Shown piece after piece: positions 1 through 12,512 of a DNA stretch of 37,061 nucleotides. Origin of the DNA: Atractiella rhizophila. Taxonomy: Eukaryota. Within the stretch, counting starts at the first letter, position 1; each line of letters begins with the position of its first letter. Location of the stretch: assembly GCA_021432655.1 (NCBI GenBank), contig MU271633.1, forward strand, positions 1 to 37,061, written 5' to 3'. The notes below the pieces were generated by a model, which saw only the letters and a list, made by a program, of their open reading frames with translations, made no database searches and was not told the DNA's origin. The position numbers and the translations under genes were made by a program.

Positions 1-132
1 AAGCAAAGGCTCAGCTTCAACGTTCTTCTTGTCTCCAGGGACAACAATGAGGTCGTCAGACTCCTCGTATGAGGGTGGCGCTTCGATAGGCTGCTCCTGA
101 GCGGAAATAGGAAGGGGGGCTTTAGAATCCAT
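1..132 (-). CDS. 5' end of an unknown protein (runs off the window) with a PPSY motif
   Basis: ATG at 132-130 opens a frame running to base 1: MDSKAPLPISAQEQPIEAPPSYEESDDLIVVPGDKKNVEAEPLL. It has protein-like composition and a PPxY motif. Not in the ORF track. Confidence 0.65.
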   Translation of the reverse strand, partial: MDSKAPLPISAQEQPIEAPPSYEESDDLIVVPGDKKNVEAEPLL

Positions 133-1900
133 AGTTGTGATTGCTGGTGCGTAGAAAGCAGGGACAGCTAAGGTCGTCGTTCGTGGTTCTGGACACGGTG
201 ACACTGCTTTGTGAGTCATATACTGTTCGTTTTCACTCCGTCAGACTCATATTGTAATGGCTACAACAACTATTCATTAATCATAAGGATGATACGTAGA
301 CACCTATAGGTCTAGAACGAATGTACTCGAGGTTGCTTACTCATGGAAAAGGCTGGTTTGAGCTGGTGCTGCTGCATTTGAAGGATTTGAGGATGATAGT
401 AAATGAAATGGTCAGTTATCCTTCTGTGTGTCCATCCCAGCAATAGCCTTTGTCCTCTTACAGTTGCTGAAGCCGTTTACGGTATCGTCTAAATGCCAGT
501 GGGCGAAAGACGAAGCTTAGCGATTTAGAAATGTTATAATTATACGACTTCTTAGCAACTCTTTCACGGAAGCAAATCCTGCAGCGATTTCAAAGCTTGC
601 TATCTATGCGTGATGTTGTCTTTAGATTAAACAGTCTAGCATCTTTAACTAAGAAAGATGAGAGCTCTTGATAGCACCATGCTCCTGTTTTATGTCTGAC
701 TCGACAAGTCATATATGAGTGGCTAACCTGGTAGTCAAAATGGTTACAGAAACTCGAAGTTTGATATTGACACGCCCATGATCTTTTGACGATCAGCACC
801 TTGCAAGCTTTCAGCCTTGTTTCAGCGCAAATTCACCTGTCAATGGCCTTAGCTTCTACGCACAGACATCTTCGAAATTGAGGCCGAGCACGAAGGCAGA
901 ATACTTACCCGTTGATGCAATATGATAAATTCGAAAAAGATTTAGTCAATTGCCTGCCTACTGCTACCACTATTTGGAAATGGAACAAGACAATGTAGTA
1001 TACATGGATTTGAGAAATGCTCAACAGAGGCCTGCTGTCTTCGAGTCATATGGCTTTCCTCGGGGTTACATTTGATGACCTGGTGTGTTGAATATCATCA
1101 TCTGTTCAGCATCTACACGAATCCACGGCGAGCGCGATCAGCCCCAATCATCCTAAATTTCTCCCGTTCTTCCAACTGATGCTGAGTTCCTTCATGTTCC
1201 CATTGAAGGTTTCCGTGCCCAATATTGAATTTAGACCAGGGATTGTTTTCCTGTGCTGTACTTCCAACTTTGATCTTGAAATCGCAACTTTGAGGATCAG
1301 CGGATCGTCCCCTCTTCAACCTTCCGGCAGCTGGCGAATTACTGCAGTTGTTGATAATTGAGCAAAAGTAGATGGAAGAGAAGTAGGAACAGTGGACGAA
1401 GCATGCCACCGCCATCTTCAGCCAGCACTTCAACCAGTTCGATGTGCACAAGGCAGCACAAGACGTCCTACATCGATCGATCCGAGGTAGAATTGCAAGG
1501 AATCTCCGCTTGATCTGCCTCTGATTTCACACTTGGAGCAACCATGTATCCCACACCTCTGTTTCGGCAGAGGAAGAAGTTGGAGTCCCCGCATTTACCT
1601 AGCATTAGCCAATATTTCCCCTCTTCAAGATTTGACCGAGAATTGGCCAAGCTTCGGGTTCAACGAGGTTCAAACCATTCACCTTGCATTCCGGTTTGCA
1701 ATCAACGCAACGAAGCAGTCCCTTTCAGAATAACAACCGAAAGGACCGCGAGAGATATGACCGCAACCAAGACGCTCCTATTCTGGGTCACGTATAAGAG
1801 GCTAAGGATCGTCCCGCTACTTTTCTTTCCTCCAAGGCTTGCACTTCTAGACCAAGCGCTTCGTTCCCTTCGACGATCTTGAAGAGGAAAATCCAAAGTC

Positions 1901-4228
1901 ATGGACGCTGTCGTAGCTCAGAATCGTGGTCCCAATCCGGGTCCTTGGTACAAGAGGAAGGATATTCTGGCGCTGAACTTGTTGCTCACGTCCTGTTTGA
2001 TCACCTCGGTATGTCGCATACCCTCGCTCCTTCTTCAGTTGACCTGTGGTGAAGTCTGCCAATGGATTCGACGCCTCCAGTATGGGAGCTCTTCAAGCTC
2101 TCCCTCCCTGGGTCGGTACGTTATCCCCTAATGAAATGCTCCGATTTGGCCTGACTTGCCGGTCACAGCGTTCTTCAACGATCCCCAAGGTTCCACTCTT
2201 GGCCTGTTCGGAGCTATTCAGGTCAGCGCGTCACGTCTTTTCAAGCTCATGACTGACTGTAATTCCCAGAACATCGGCTCGCTTTGCGCTATCCCCTTCT
2301 CCCCCTTTGTCGCCGATATACTTGGTCGCAAACCTTGCATTATCTTCGGATGTCTAGTCATGATTTTGGGCGCGGCTCTCCAAGGTGCTGCTCAGAATTT
2401 TGGGACGTACATTGCTGCTCGTGGTGTCCTGGGATTTGGTCTTCAATTCGCTCAATCTGGTGCGTCTCAAAGTAAATTGAGCTTTTCTTTCTAATCGCCT
2501 TGTAGCCGCTCCTATGTTGATTACCGAATTGGCCTACCCAAGTCAAAGAGCTCAGATCACTGCCATCTTCAATTCCCTCTGGTATACAGGAGCCGTCGTT
2601 GCGTCTTGGACGATCTATGGAACTTACCAAATCGATAACAACTGGTCCTGGCGTATCCCCGCTCTCTTGCAAGGTGTTGCCCCTGTCTTCCAACTCAGCT
2701 TGCTCTTTTTCGTTCCCGAATCCCCTCGATGGCTCGTCAGCAAAGGCAAGGAGGACAGGGCTGCTCAAGTCATCGCCAAGTATCACGCTCGCGGGTGAGC
2801 ACCTTTTTCTCGCTTCAAATCAAACGACCTGAACCATGCTCTAGTGACATCAATGATCCCCTTGTCACTTTTGAAATGTCGGAGATCAAAGAAGCCCTGG
2901 CTCAAGAAGAGGAGATCAAGAGGACCACCAACTTCTTCAGCCTCTTGAATACCAGGGGAAATCGCAAGCGTTTCTTGATCATTACGGGTATTGCCTTTTT
3001 CAGCCAGTGGTCCGGAAACGGTCTCGTGTCTTATGTACGTTTGTTATTAAGACTGCTATCAGTGCTGATCACTCTCATCACCTGCTCAGTACATCGTACC
3101 GGTGCTGAAGGATGCAGGTATCACCCAGGTTGGTTTCGTTCTGTATCCATATTTCGTCGCTGAAGATCGAGACAGCAAAGTATTATCCTTCTCATCAACG
3201 CTGTGAGATTTATAGTTAAATTAACGTTAGCCGTGACTTATGATCGCAACAGCTGCTCGCTGTCTTCAACACCATCATGGCTGTTGGTGCCGCCGTTCTG
3301 GTCGAACGACTTGGTCGCCGCACGCTCTTCCTCGCATCAAACATTGGCATGCTGTTTATGTGGACGATCTGGACTTCCCTCGCTGTCAGTTTTTTGCTTA
3401 ACAGGTAAATTCATCTAAACAGCTTGGGTAAATAGGGAACGTACGAGGAGCAAGGCAACGAGGCGGCTGGAAAAGCTGTCATTGCTTTTGTAAGCTCTTC
3501 TCAGCTTTGAAGAGAATACTCCTAACCGGAGTACTTCTTAGATCTTCTTGTACTATGCGTTCTACGATATCGGTGCGCCTTCCATATTGTCGTGGACCCG
3601 CTTTTGACCGCTGAATTTGACAGCTTATTCCCCTCTACTCGTGGCGTACACTGTTGAAATTCTACCCTTCAACCTGAGGGCTAAAGGTGTCGCATTCATG
3701 AATTTCTGCGTCAGTGCCAGGTGCGTAGGATCCCATACCTTCCTGATAAAGTCTTTCGTTTTTGTTAATGTGGGCCACAGTTTGGTGTTCAATCAATACA
3801 TCAACCCCATCGCTTTGCGCCACATCCATTGGTGAGCCTCTTCTATGTCTTAAATGTTCAAATATCTCATTGGTTACTAGGCATTACTACCTCGTTTACT
3901 TGGGATGGTTGGTTTTCGAGCTCGCCTTTGTTTGGAAGCTAGTTGTAGAAACCAAGGTTTGTTTCATATCCCCAAATATCAGACGCCAAGACTCAATCTC
4001 TTCATCTACGCAGGGATTGACCTTGGAAGAAACTGCTCTCCTGTAAGAAGGTTTCGTCGGTGCCATAACATCGTACTAACGTGGAACAGATTCGACGGCG
4101 AGGACAAGAAGAATACGTTGGAGAGGCATGCTGCCGACAAGGCGCAAGGCGCCGGCGTTCAGGAACACGACGTTGCGAGCTTGAGCTCGGACGGAAAGGA
4201 AATGTCCTTCGACGACAAATCTGTTTGA
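1901..4228 (+). CDS. MFS sugar porter, lactose permease/cellodextrin transporter (Lac12/CDT/LacP)-like; 16 exons
   Basis: Manual splicing of 15 GT-AG introns gives one frame with sugar-porter motifs NGFDASSM, DILGRK, PESPRWL, FFSQWSGNGLVSYY, VERLGRR, YTVEILPFNLRAKG and ETKGLTLEE. Confidence 0.92.
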
Positions 4229-4652
4229 ACTACGATTTGTCCTTGAATTTCTGTCTGATATGTAACCTGCTGGGCAATCCATGATATGCTTTGGGATGAC
4301 TGCTTAATTAATCTCCAAAATGGTTGTGAGATACACCCTGTATAATCAATCTATGCATTCCGAGGAGTCTTCCCACATAGTCGTCGCAGAACTCTGAACC
4401 TGTCCCAATATATCACGTGTTCGCCATGGTCACTACAGCTCCAAGCTAAGCTTTCTTCCTGCTACTCGACAGCAGTGGTAAGAACCATTTTCTTTAGTCG
4501 AATTAATTTGTAAAGGTTACTCTGACGCCGATTGAGGCGTTGGACGATCAAAATATCTAGGAGAAGCAAGTGGGTGAGCGGGTGAGCTGTTGCATACACC
4601 TCAATTACCCTGACAAGAACTTCTCAAACAGCGCGAGTGATCGGTTTACGCT

Positions 4653-5792
4653 ATGGACCGCCTTCCAAAGGAGATATTCATGCAGATAGTGCCATTCCTA
4701 GACGACGCTTCTTCAAAACAAGATATTTCTCGTCTTTGCTTGCTCTCCAAGTCATGGCTGCCTTTCGTCCGCTCGATCCTTTATTCATGGGTGGATCTCT
4801 CTCCCATCTGGCGGCTGGAACTTTTCTACTTTACTTTACTGTCGCACCCAAACTATGCGCCATTGGTCAAAAGCCTGAAGTTAGCGCTCACAAGCTCATT
4901 TTTTCCCCAGCAGGAGCTCGGGCAGACGGTCTCCGAAGGGGATCCTTTATCTCGACTCACCGCCATCGTGGAATGGACGAAGGACACATTAAGATACCTC
5001 TCCCTTAAAGCGGAAGGATTGGACCTGCTGGACATCCGCCAGGATGTTTTCACCTCTGCAGTTCCGATTGTACTCTCATTCCCACACTTACAGTCGTTTC
5101 ACCTCGATACGTTTTCTGGGATGCTTGATCTTCGTACGCTCATGGGAATGCTCCAGCAAATGCCACACCTTCTCGACCTTTCCCTGTCCTTCATCCGCTC
5201 CTCTGCGCCGCTAACGCAGGATGCTTCGTTGCTGTCTAATGTGGCCCAACAACCCCAGTACTCACTACAGCGCCTATCTTTCAACTACGTCTTTTTATTA
5301 TCTGCAGAAGAACTCAAATTCATACTGGGGCGAACTGAGAGAGGACAACAAGGCACGCTCAAACATCTTCGATGTTGCTGCTTCACTCATACGACTGATG
5401 TGGTGCGGGAATGGGGGGCATCAATAGAACATCTTTCGCTAGATAATAGTCTCGGGTTTTTGGATTCATTCATTGCTGAAAGTCAGGAAAGCCTCCAAGT
5501 GTGCCAAAAGCTACAAGTCATTGTATTAACTGGCACCATTGCTCGAGGAGGAGTCGAGATGCTGGAAGTAGTTTCTCAGACAGTGATCAAGGTGGTATTG
5601 AAGGACCTGATTCGATTGCAGAATTTGGATCCATTCCTGGAAAGACTTCAGTACAATAGGATTGCGAGTGAAAAGGATAGGTGGTCTGTAAAATGTATCG
5701 AAGTGGAGAGAGTGGTGGAAGGGTGGACTGGAATCGAGTCGCTTGCGGAGCGGTTTACATCGTGCGGTGTACTTCTTCGTTGGACCAAGTAG
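4653..5792 (+). CDS. F-box protein with Leu-rich (RNI/LRR-like) body, intronless
   Basis: 379-aa ORF. The N-terminus MDRLPKEIFMQIVPFL...LCLLSKSW...LY matches the F-box pattern, followed by repeated LxxLxL segments (LRYLSL, LQSFHL, LLDLSL, LQRLSF, LKHLRC). Confidence 0.8.
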   Translation: MDRLPKEIFMQIVPFLDDASSKQDISRLCLLSKSWLPFVRSILYSWVDLSPIWRLELFYFTLLSHPNYAPLVKSLKLALTSSFFPQQELGQTVSEGDPLSRLTAIVEWTKDTLRYLSLKAEGLDLLDIRQDVFTSAVPIVLSFPHLQSFHLDTFSGMLDLRTLMGMLQQMPHLLDLSLSFIRSSAPLTQDASLLSNVAQQPQYSLQRLSFNYVFLLSAEELKFILGRTERGQQGTLKHLRCCCFTHTTDVVREWGASIEHLSLDNSLGFLDSFIAESQESLQVCQKLQVIVLTGTIARGGVEMLEVVSQTVIKVVLKDLIRLQNLDPFLERLQYNRIASEKDRWSVKCIEVERVVEGWTGIESLAERFTSCGVLLRWTK

Positions 5793-6320
5793 AAATCATA
5801 TACTATGCCGTTGATGTAAAATACATGCGCATCAAGTATTGAAACCTCTTTCACAAGTTGAGTCAGGAGTCCAACGAAATAAACCAAAACCGGATATTAC
5901 GATATTACATTCTATACGGAACCTATTCCTTAACTAATCCTTTTCTTTCACTTCTCCATGATACGAACTAGAATTGAAATTCCTTCCCAGGCACAATCGA
6001 CGCAATGACACTGGGTTTCTGGGCTCTCTTGGATGGCGCGTTGGCTGCCGGCTGCCAGCGCAACATAGAGATCGCGACTATGGAGGCATTGGACCAGCCC
6101 AAGGACTTGTCAATACCCACAAAGATTGGTTCCCAGACAATGCTATACATAGTGATAAGTCCGAGTCCATGGCACATTGTTTGCTTTTTCAAATTCTGAT
6201 GGCGTAGCGAAACAGGCCAGCTAGCAGCATCAACCAGGGCATCAACACGAAATATCGACGTTATATCAACGTTCAGTCAACATCACCTTTGTTCTCGCTG
6301 CAACAGCCAATTCGCCATAG

Positions 6321-7018
6321 ATGTCTTCGTACGGTACGATCTCAACGGCAAACGCTCCTCAAGCACTCGGGCCGTACTGTATCTACCTTCCATTCAATTA
6401 CTTAGTTTTGGACTGATGGAGCTACAGCACAGGCGACCAAAGCTGGCGGTCTCATATTTACTTCCGCTCAAGGAGGTGAGGAACTCTGGGAATAACCCTT
6501 TGGTGTAACGTTTTGGCCTGCGTTCTTAGGCTTCGATCATACTACCATGACGCTCGTCCCAGGTGGTGTGGAAGCTCAAGCTGTCCGTCAATTCTCTTAA
6601 GGTTGAAAATGATCTGACGAGTGAAATTATCATTGTGTAGAAGAAAGTCCTTGAAAATATGACTGCCATCGTCCGCGCCGGAGGCTCAGATATACAAGAC
6701 ATCGTCAAAGTCACCGGTAAATACTTCATCATTCAAGCAGAACGCTAATAAAGACGCATATGCGCAAGTATTTTTCTCAGACCTGAACGATTTCGCGAAA
6801 GTTAATGCTGTCTACGCGGAATGGTTTGGAGAGCACAAGCCAGCAAGAAGCGCAGTTGAGGTGCTTGTTCGATAAACTTTTTTCACAAAACTGACTAAAA
6901 CGACAGGTCGCAAAGCTCCCGGCTGGTTGCCTCATTGGTTAGTCTCATTCCGGTTGTTAAACAGGCAAGTGACACGAATTGTGTAGGCATGGAGTGCATC
7001 GCAATTGCTAAGAATTGA
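6321..7018 (+). CDS. RidA/YjgF/YER057c/UK114 family imine/enamine deaminase (Mmf1/Hmf1-like); 7 exons
   Basis: Spliced product [36 protein letters not shown]...[55 protein letters not shown] has the GPYSQA and catalytic-Arg PARS motifs. Six GT-AG introns; absent from the ORF track. Confidence 0.93.
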
Positions 7019-7164
7019 TGGCTGCTAGTAATGATGTAGCTTTAGTCTTGTCTTGTCACCGTCAATCTAGCAACTGCTATGGAATTAATGGTATTGAGCC
7101 TCGAAATTTGTGCGGGAACAGAAATGAAATTATGTATCCACCCATTCCAAAAGTGGCAAAGCTC

Positions 7165-7881
7165 TCACCGTGCTTCAGTCCTCTCTTCCACTTCCTTCAC
7201 TTTCGGCGGAAGGACTTTAACACCCAACCTCCTATCCCTCCCCAACTTCTCCGTTTCTCTCGGCAACCTATCTTCTCTACTCCTCACAATGCCAACGTAG
7301 AGCTTGCTCTTTCGCTTGTAAACCAGATTTTTTAGCTGGGGATTCCAGAAAGGGTTCTCCATTCCGGTAGGCGGGAGGATGGGGATCGTTGGAGGAGTCG
7401 GCCAGCGGTAGAAGCGCACGAAGCCAGGGATGAGAGCGTGAAGTGTGTGGTCGCGAGCTATATACACCTATGTCCGTAAAAAAGAGGCACAGAATCAGCG
7501 AGTGCAAGGTAGCGGAAAGAGAGGGAACTATACGTGTTGTCCAGCGTGAATCTTCGTTCCCCGTTGTCTCACTAGAATCTCGCCAGCTTTCACTTCTACA
7601 CCTTTTTACCACCAAACAAGTTCAGCCTACAATGGGAACAAAGAGTCAACACCCGGACCTTCCCAGCGTTTGATACCCAGTCTCCTTCCTCGAGAATCAC
7701 GTCCATTGTTGGTGTAACCTGCAGCTCGCTTCGTCGCAGTTCGCACTTGCTGGCTGCAGACTGTTGACGCAAAGAGAAAGAATCAGTACTATTTAGATAG
7801 TTGAATGTAGGCATACGCACAGGAGAGGAAAGACGAAGCTCGGTGTGAGAGCGAGAGAGCGTGAGAAGAGGAAATGAGCAT
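7165..7881 (-). CDS. MRP7: Mitochondrial ribosomal protein bL27m; 4 exons (7881-7821, 7760-7659, 7601-7534, 7467-7165)
   Basis: A Ser/Arg/Leu-rich presequence is followed by [72 protein letters not shown], the L27 signature. Exon phases are consistent. Confidence 0.93.
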
Positions 7882-8274
7882 CGTTGTAACTTGCAAAAAT
7901 TTGAGTCATGGTCTGTGGCATCCCTGTGCACCTCTTAACTGCAGGCTTCAAACAAAGCATGGATGTTAGAAGTGAATGTTCCTGTAAATGAGGTGATTGT
8001 GCGTCTTGCTGCTTACTATCTCACTTCTCGTTTGTCGAGTGAGGTATTTTAAAGGAAAGTGTGGAAGTAAATGTGACGTCTGCCGCTCTTTGTTGAGTCT
8101 TGACCATTGAAGTGGGAGGTAACTGTGTAGGCGAGTTGTATGTGTATTCAGACGAAGCTCTAGATATTCCTTAGAACAACATTTGTAGGCGGCCAGATTC
8201 TGCCATGAACGGCATGTTGTTATTTTGTTAAGACTTGTGCATATTTTTCTGCTGTAATAGGGAATGAAATCTAT

Positions 8275-9001
8275 TCATACCATACTCTCTACTAACGACT
8301 TGATCAAAGCCTCTACAACGGCGACAGCTCCTCCTATCTCAGTTTCTGCTAATGGTGGGATATGAAGAAACACGATGTTCCTCTTCCCTCGCTTTCCCAT
8401 CTCCCTCAATCCGACGTAATAAATGAAACCGCAGACAAAGTTGCCGACATCGTCTCGCAGTTTCACCTCAACTTTTCTGCCCTCCTTCCTAGCTTTCCCT
8501 TTTCCGCCTCCTCCAAGAGTCAATGCACGAACGCCAATCTCCCATCTCTCAACCACCGTATCCAAGTCCAAGTCGGACGCTAACACGTCTGGGTCCTTCC
8601 CGAAATTCTGCTTGGACTCTCCTCGAGTGAAGACCTTCCCCTTGTTGTCAGGCATCTCGTGATAGCCTTCCTTCTTCGCTGAGCGTTCGAGGGTAAAATA
8701 GTCGATTTCTTGATCCAGTCCGATGTGCAAGACGAGGTCAGGATCATGTTCGTTTATGAGAGCAGGAATGAGGGAGTGGATCGCATGGTATTCTGATTGC
8801 ATGGCTGTGGAAGGAGTGATAATGGTGACGTTCGGGTAAGAGTTGATGGTGGTGGGAAGTCTAGACACGATGAGCCAAGAGGGATTGATGACGACTTTGT
8901 TAAAAGACTGACATCGTCAAAGTTGTCAGACATGTAAGAGTGAAAGATTGACGGCACTAAACCCCAAAACCAGTCACCAATACTTTAACTCCTCCTTCCA
9001 T
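8275..9001 (-). CDS. Pyroglutamyl-peptidase I (peptidase C15); 2 exons
   Basis: Exon 1 MEGGVKVLVTGFG splices to SFNKVVINPSWLIV. Motifs PDLVLHIG, TLERSA (Glu), GNFVCGFIYY (Cys) and FLHIPP (His) are present. Confidence 0.92.
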
Positions 9002-9965
9002 GATTGCCCTGATTACTTTGAAATTTACGGCTTCGTGGGATGCAGTCGAGGCTGCAGAAGAAAAGTTGAATAAGCTTCACAGAGGCGAGTCATTACACAT
9101 GTCATCCACGAGTGAAAGCCGAACAAGCCCTCTGAGAAGATTGTTCTTACAGCCAGGTAGCAGACAGAAGTAGCATCATCATGAGACGTTGTAATATTTC
9201 ATGACTGCCAGTGACTCGCGATCACAAGATCAGGCAGGACAACGTCACTGGCCTGAGAATTGCTACATTTCGACGGCATGACCGCTTCAAACAAGAATCC
9301 TCTTGAAAAACGACAGAAAACCGACCATACCAAACTACTGCATAGCGAAGTCGAAGAAGAAAGTGGAAGGCGTTGAGTGGGGTTGAGTGATTTTGGCAAC
9401 GTTTACAATGCTTGAGTAGACGAGAAGTAGAGAGAAGCGTCCAAGTTTTGAAAGTATAGTTAGATAGAAGATAGACTTGGACGTGAAATAATCAATCAAG
9501 TAAATAATACAGACTGAGGGAGACTGCCGCAGAGAAGAAGGCAAGAGTGATTAAAGCACAACATCTTTACAGAAGAGAAATAACCCAAACAGGCGAACGA
9601 AGAAAATCATAAGCCGGGTATTTTGGAAAACGATGTTGTGTTGGTATCGGTTCGCCAACAGCGGCAGGGTGTATTGGTGAAAGGGGGAATAAACCGAAGA
9701 TGAGCGTTATCGAGCATATCTTCGTCATACTTTTGATCCGATCCGTAATCGTCACGTTACGAGGAACAGAAGAGCATCGTCAGTCGTAAATGATTTCGCT
9801 GAACGTAAGGGTGAACTGGGATGAAAAGAAGTCGAACTCTTTGAGATTCCGGCGGCATTTCCGACGGAAAAATTTGCACACATCGATCGTGGGAAGTCAT
9901 AAGGCACTCATCTCTCCTACAAAAGAGGAGCGCTCGTCCTCGTCCAATCGTTTCTACCCGTGGGA

Positions 9966-12091
9966 TCAACTGGAATCGCGGTTTTGCCAGATTTCGACGA
10001 GCTTATTGACATGTCCTCAATCGATTTGTTTATTCGGAATGGATACACTTCAGACGGCCATTTCTTGGTCCCTATGCTGGAAGAAGCTGTCGAGGGCATT
10101 GGCGAGTCTGGGCGGTACACTCCAGGGGGAGGCAACAGGCGTGCATCGTACTTAGAGCGTGGCACACGAGGATGCTCATCTATTCAAGAAATTTTTAACA
10201 ATGACGACGTTGTAGCGGCTTAAAGGACGTACAGATCTGCGCGCTCCTGTGTTTCCTTCCTTCTCGTCGATGATCCTCTCCTGGATCCATTTCGATTCGA
10301 AGTCCTCCTCCGTGCTTCTTCCACTTCTGATCAAATTCATCAGCTGAGCTGTGCGACATGCTCCCAATACCAGAGTCCCAACTGGTTCTCCTCGACGTAT
10401 CATGTCCGTTCCAGAATGCAGAATGAGTTGAAGGGGTGGAGGAGGTTGAGGAGGTAGCATCTGGAGAAGGGAGTCCAGACATGGCACGATAGGGTATGAC
10501 AGGTAGAGTGCTTGTGTTTGAGAGAGGCGAAGACTTGACCGGAGCATTTGTAACACTGGAACGGGACTTCATGCTCTTCGAACTGCCTGGAACGTAGCTG
10601 GCGCTGACGGAGCGTCGTCCTCTCCTATCAATCCCTTCCGTACCTTCAACCATGAAATAGGCATGTGGATGAGCGGACGTAGGCGATCCTCTACCTTCCA
10701 TCGTTTCTGCAATGCTTGGTTGGTATGCTTCCGGCACCAAACCGTTCTCGGAAGTATTGACAGGAGACGGTGAGAATGCAACGAGATCAAAGTTGAAATT
10801 GCTGAACTTTTTGGGAGGAGAGCCCATTGGCGCGGCGGAGGCTTGATGCTGTTCGAAATCTGCAGACGAGACGAATCCCGTCGTACTCCTTGAGCGCCAA
10901 TGACCCAGGCCAGAAGCAGGCTTCGGTCCCTCCCACAACTTGCCTCTCAAAACCGGTCCCCATTGCTCCCTCTCCCCCACGTTATCGCTGTATCTCCTCA
11001 CCAATGGAGGGCGAGAAATGTTCTCCTGTGACCCTTCCGCTCCGACGTTCGAAGGATTATTCGGCTCATTATTTTGAGATTCCTTCGCTGCCGAGTATTC
11101 CGTCACCGTAGCTTGAGATGAAAAACTAGCTCCAGATTCATAGCTCAATCCAAGAGCGCTGGTACGCTGACGGTAATCTTCTTCATCGTCTAAGGTGGTT
11201 GTTGTGCCATCTTCGGCGTCCTTGCCCTCCTGAATCATCTCCGGTTTGTCCACAAACCTGACCTGGGAAGGTCGTCTTGGTATCGGTGCTGCAAGGTCTT
11301 TAATCTGTGAACGTATGGGTGAAGAGGTCGACGACGACGACAGACGTTCTTCCCTGAAAGACTGAATCGTAGACGATACGGACGCTTCGGCTACGACGGG
11401 CGATCGTTGTGGAGAGTTGACCAAACGACTGCCTACTCCATGATGTCGAGTGAACCTGGGTCGTGAGGACGAGTGATCGCGCCTTCGAGAGGAGGAGGAT
11501 TTAGAATGGAGGGATGACGAGAGGGATTCGGACGAGGCATTAAGAGGTTTATTGGAGAGATGATGAAGGGATGAAGGACGGCGAAGAGTGCGAGGTGAGT
11601 GACTAGCATCCCCCACTTCTGCTTCCTCGTGCTTCCCCTTCTCACTCGATCTAGAACTCTCTGCGAATGTCTTTTTCCCATCACTCTCGCCAAAGCTGAC
11701 CGCCCTCCTCCTCACCATGCCTGGACGTTTTCGACGAGATCGAACCACGACCTTCTTCTCGTCCTCTTCGACATCCCCATCCCCTTCTGCATCTGAAGGG
11801 TTGTACCGCTGGCGAGAAACGCCAATCTTCAACGCAGACATGGGCGGTAAGGACTCCCACGCATCGGACTGAATCTGAACGGAGAGACCTTGTATCGAGA
11901 GGTTCAGGCTGAGAGCAGCGAGAGGATGTGCGAGTGAGAAAAGAGTCAAACAACGCTCGAGTGCATCCTTCAGTGAGAACGTATCATCTCCCCATTCACT
12001 GTGCAAACAATGGGACCATGCGTACCTCCAGTGATTTTGGCTTTTTGATCAAACGACTATCTGACTTGTACGTGACGATGATTGTATCCAT
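9966..12091 (-). CDS. Unknown protein: small folded N-terminal domain plus long Ser/Arg-rich disordered region
   Basis: Exon 1 MDTIIVTYKSDSRLIKKPKSLE is joined by a gtacgc...gaag intron to the 603-aa ORF, then splices to YEHPRVPRSKYDARLLPPPG. The 3' end is 9966 (LVEIWQNRDSS*) or 9917, depending on the last intron. Confidence 0.7.
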
Positions 12092-12512
12092 TCCGTGTTC
12101 TCGAGAGCAAGATATCGAAAGCGCTTGCACAAAGCGAGAGTGAGAAAGTGACGGGAGGAGTTGAGGATGGAGGGTGGTGTTCGAGATGAGATTGGGTATT
12201 TAAATCTAGGTCTACGAGTGGAATTAGCTCGAGGGCATCACGATCGCGAGTTCCAACCTGGAGTCTTGAGCCGACTTCAACCCAAGGCAGCGTCCCACAA
12301 ACCTGCGTTGGCAACACCGACCTGTCCGTCGCGAACCGGTTCTCCCTTGCTCCCTTACACGTCAAAGGGCAGCCTCAAAGGGAAGGAAAGATTAGAAGCT
12401 GGGCAAGGTTTATGAAGCTGCGCACATCTCCTCCGATCCTTTTCGGCGACCCTAATTCTGAACTTAACCTAAATAAACTGCAGGACCTTCAACAAATCAT
12501 CATTCAGCACAA

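Noticed and set aside
590..1880. Short ORFs and a possible CreA-type SYGGRG site upstream of the sugar porter
   Set aside because: No recognisable protein or splice model, and a single degenerate hexamer is expected by chance.
5900..6200. Possible small gene between the F-box and RidA genes
   Set aside because: The 64-77 aa ORFs on both strands have no recognisable motif or convincing splice structure.
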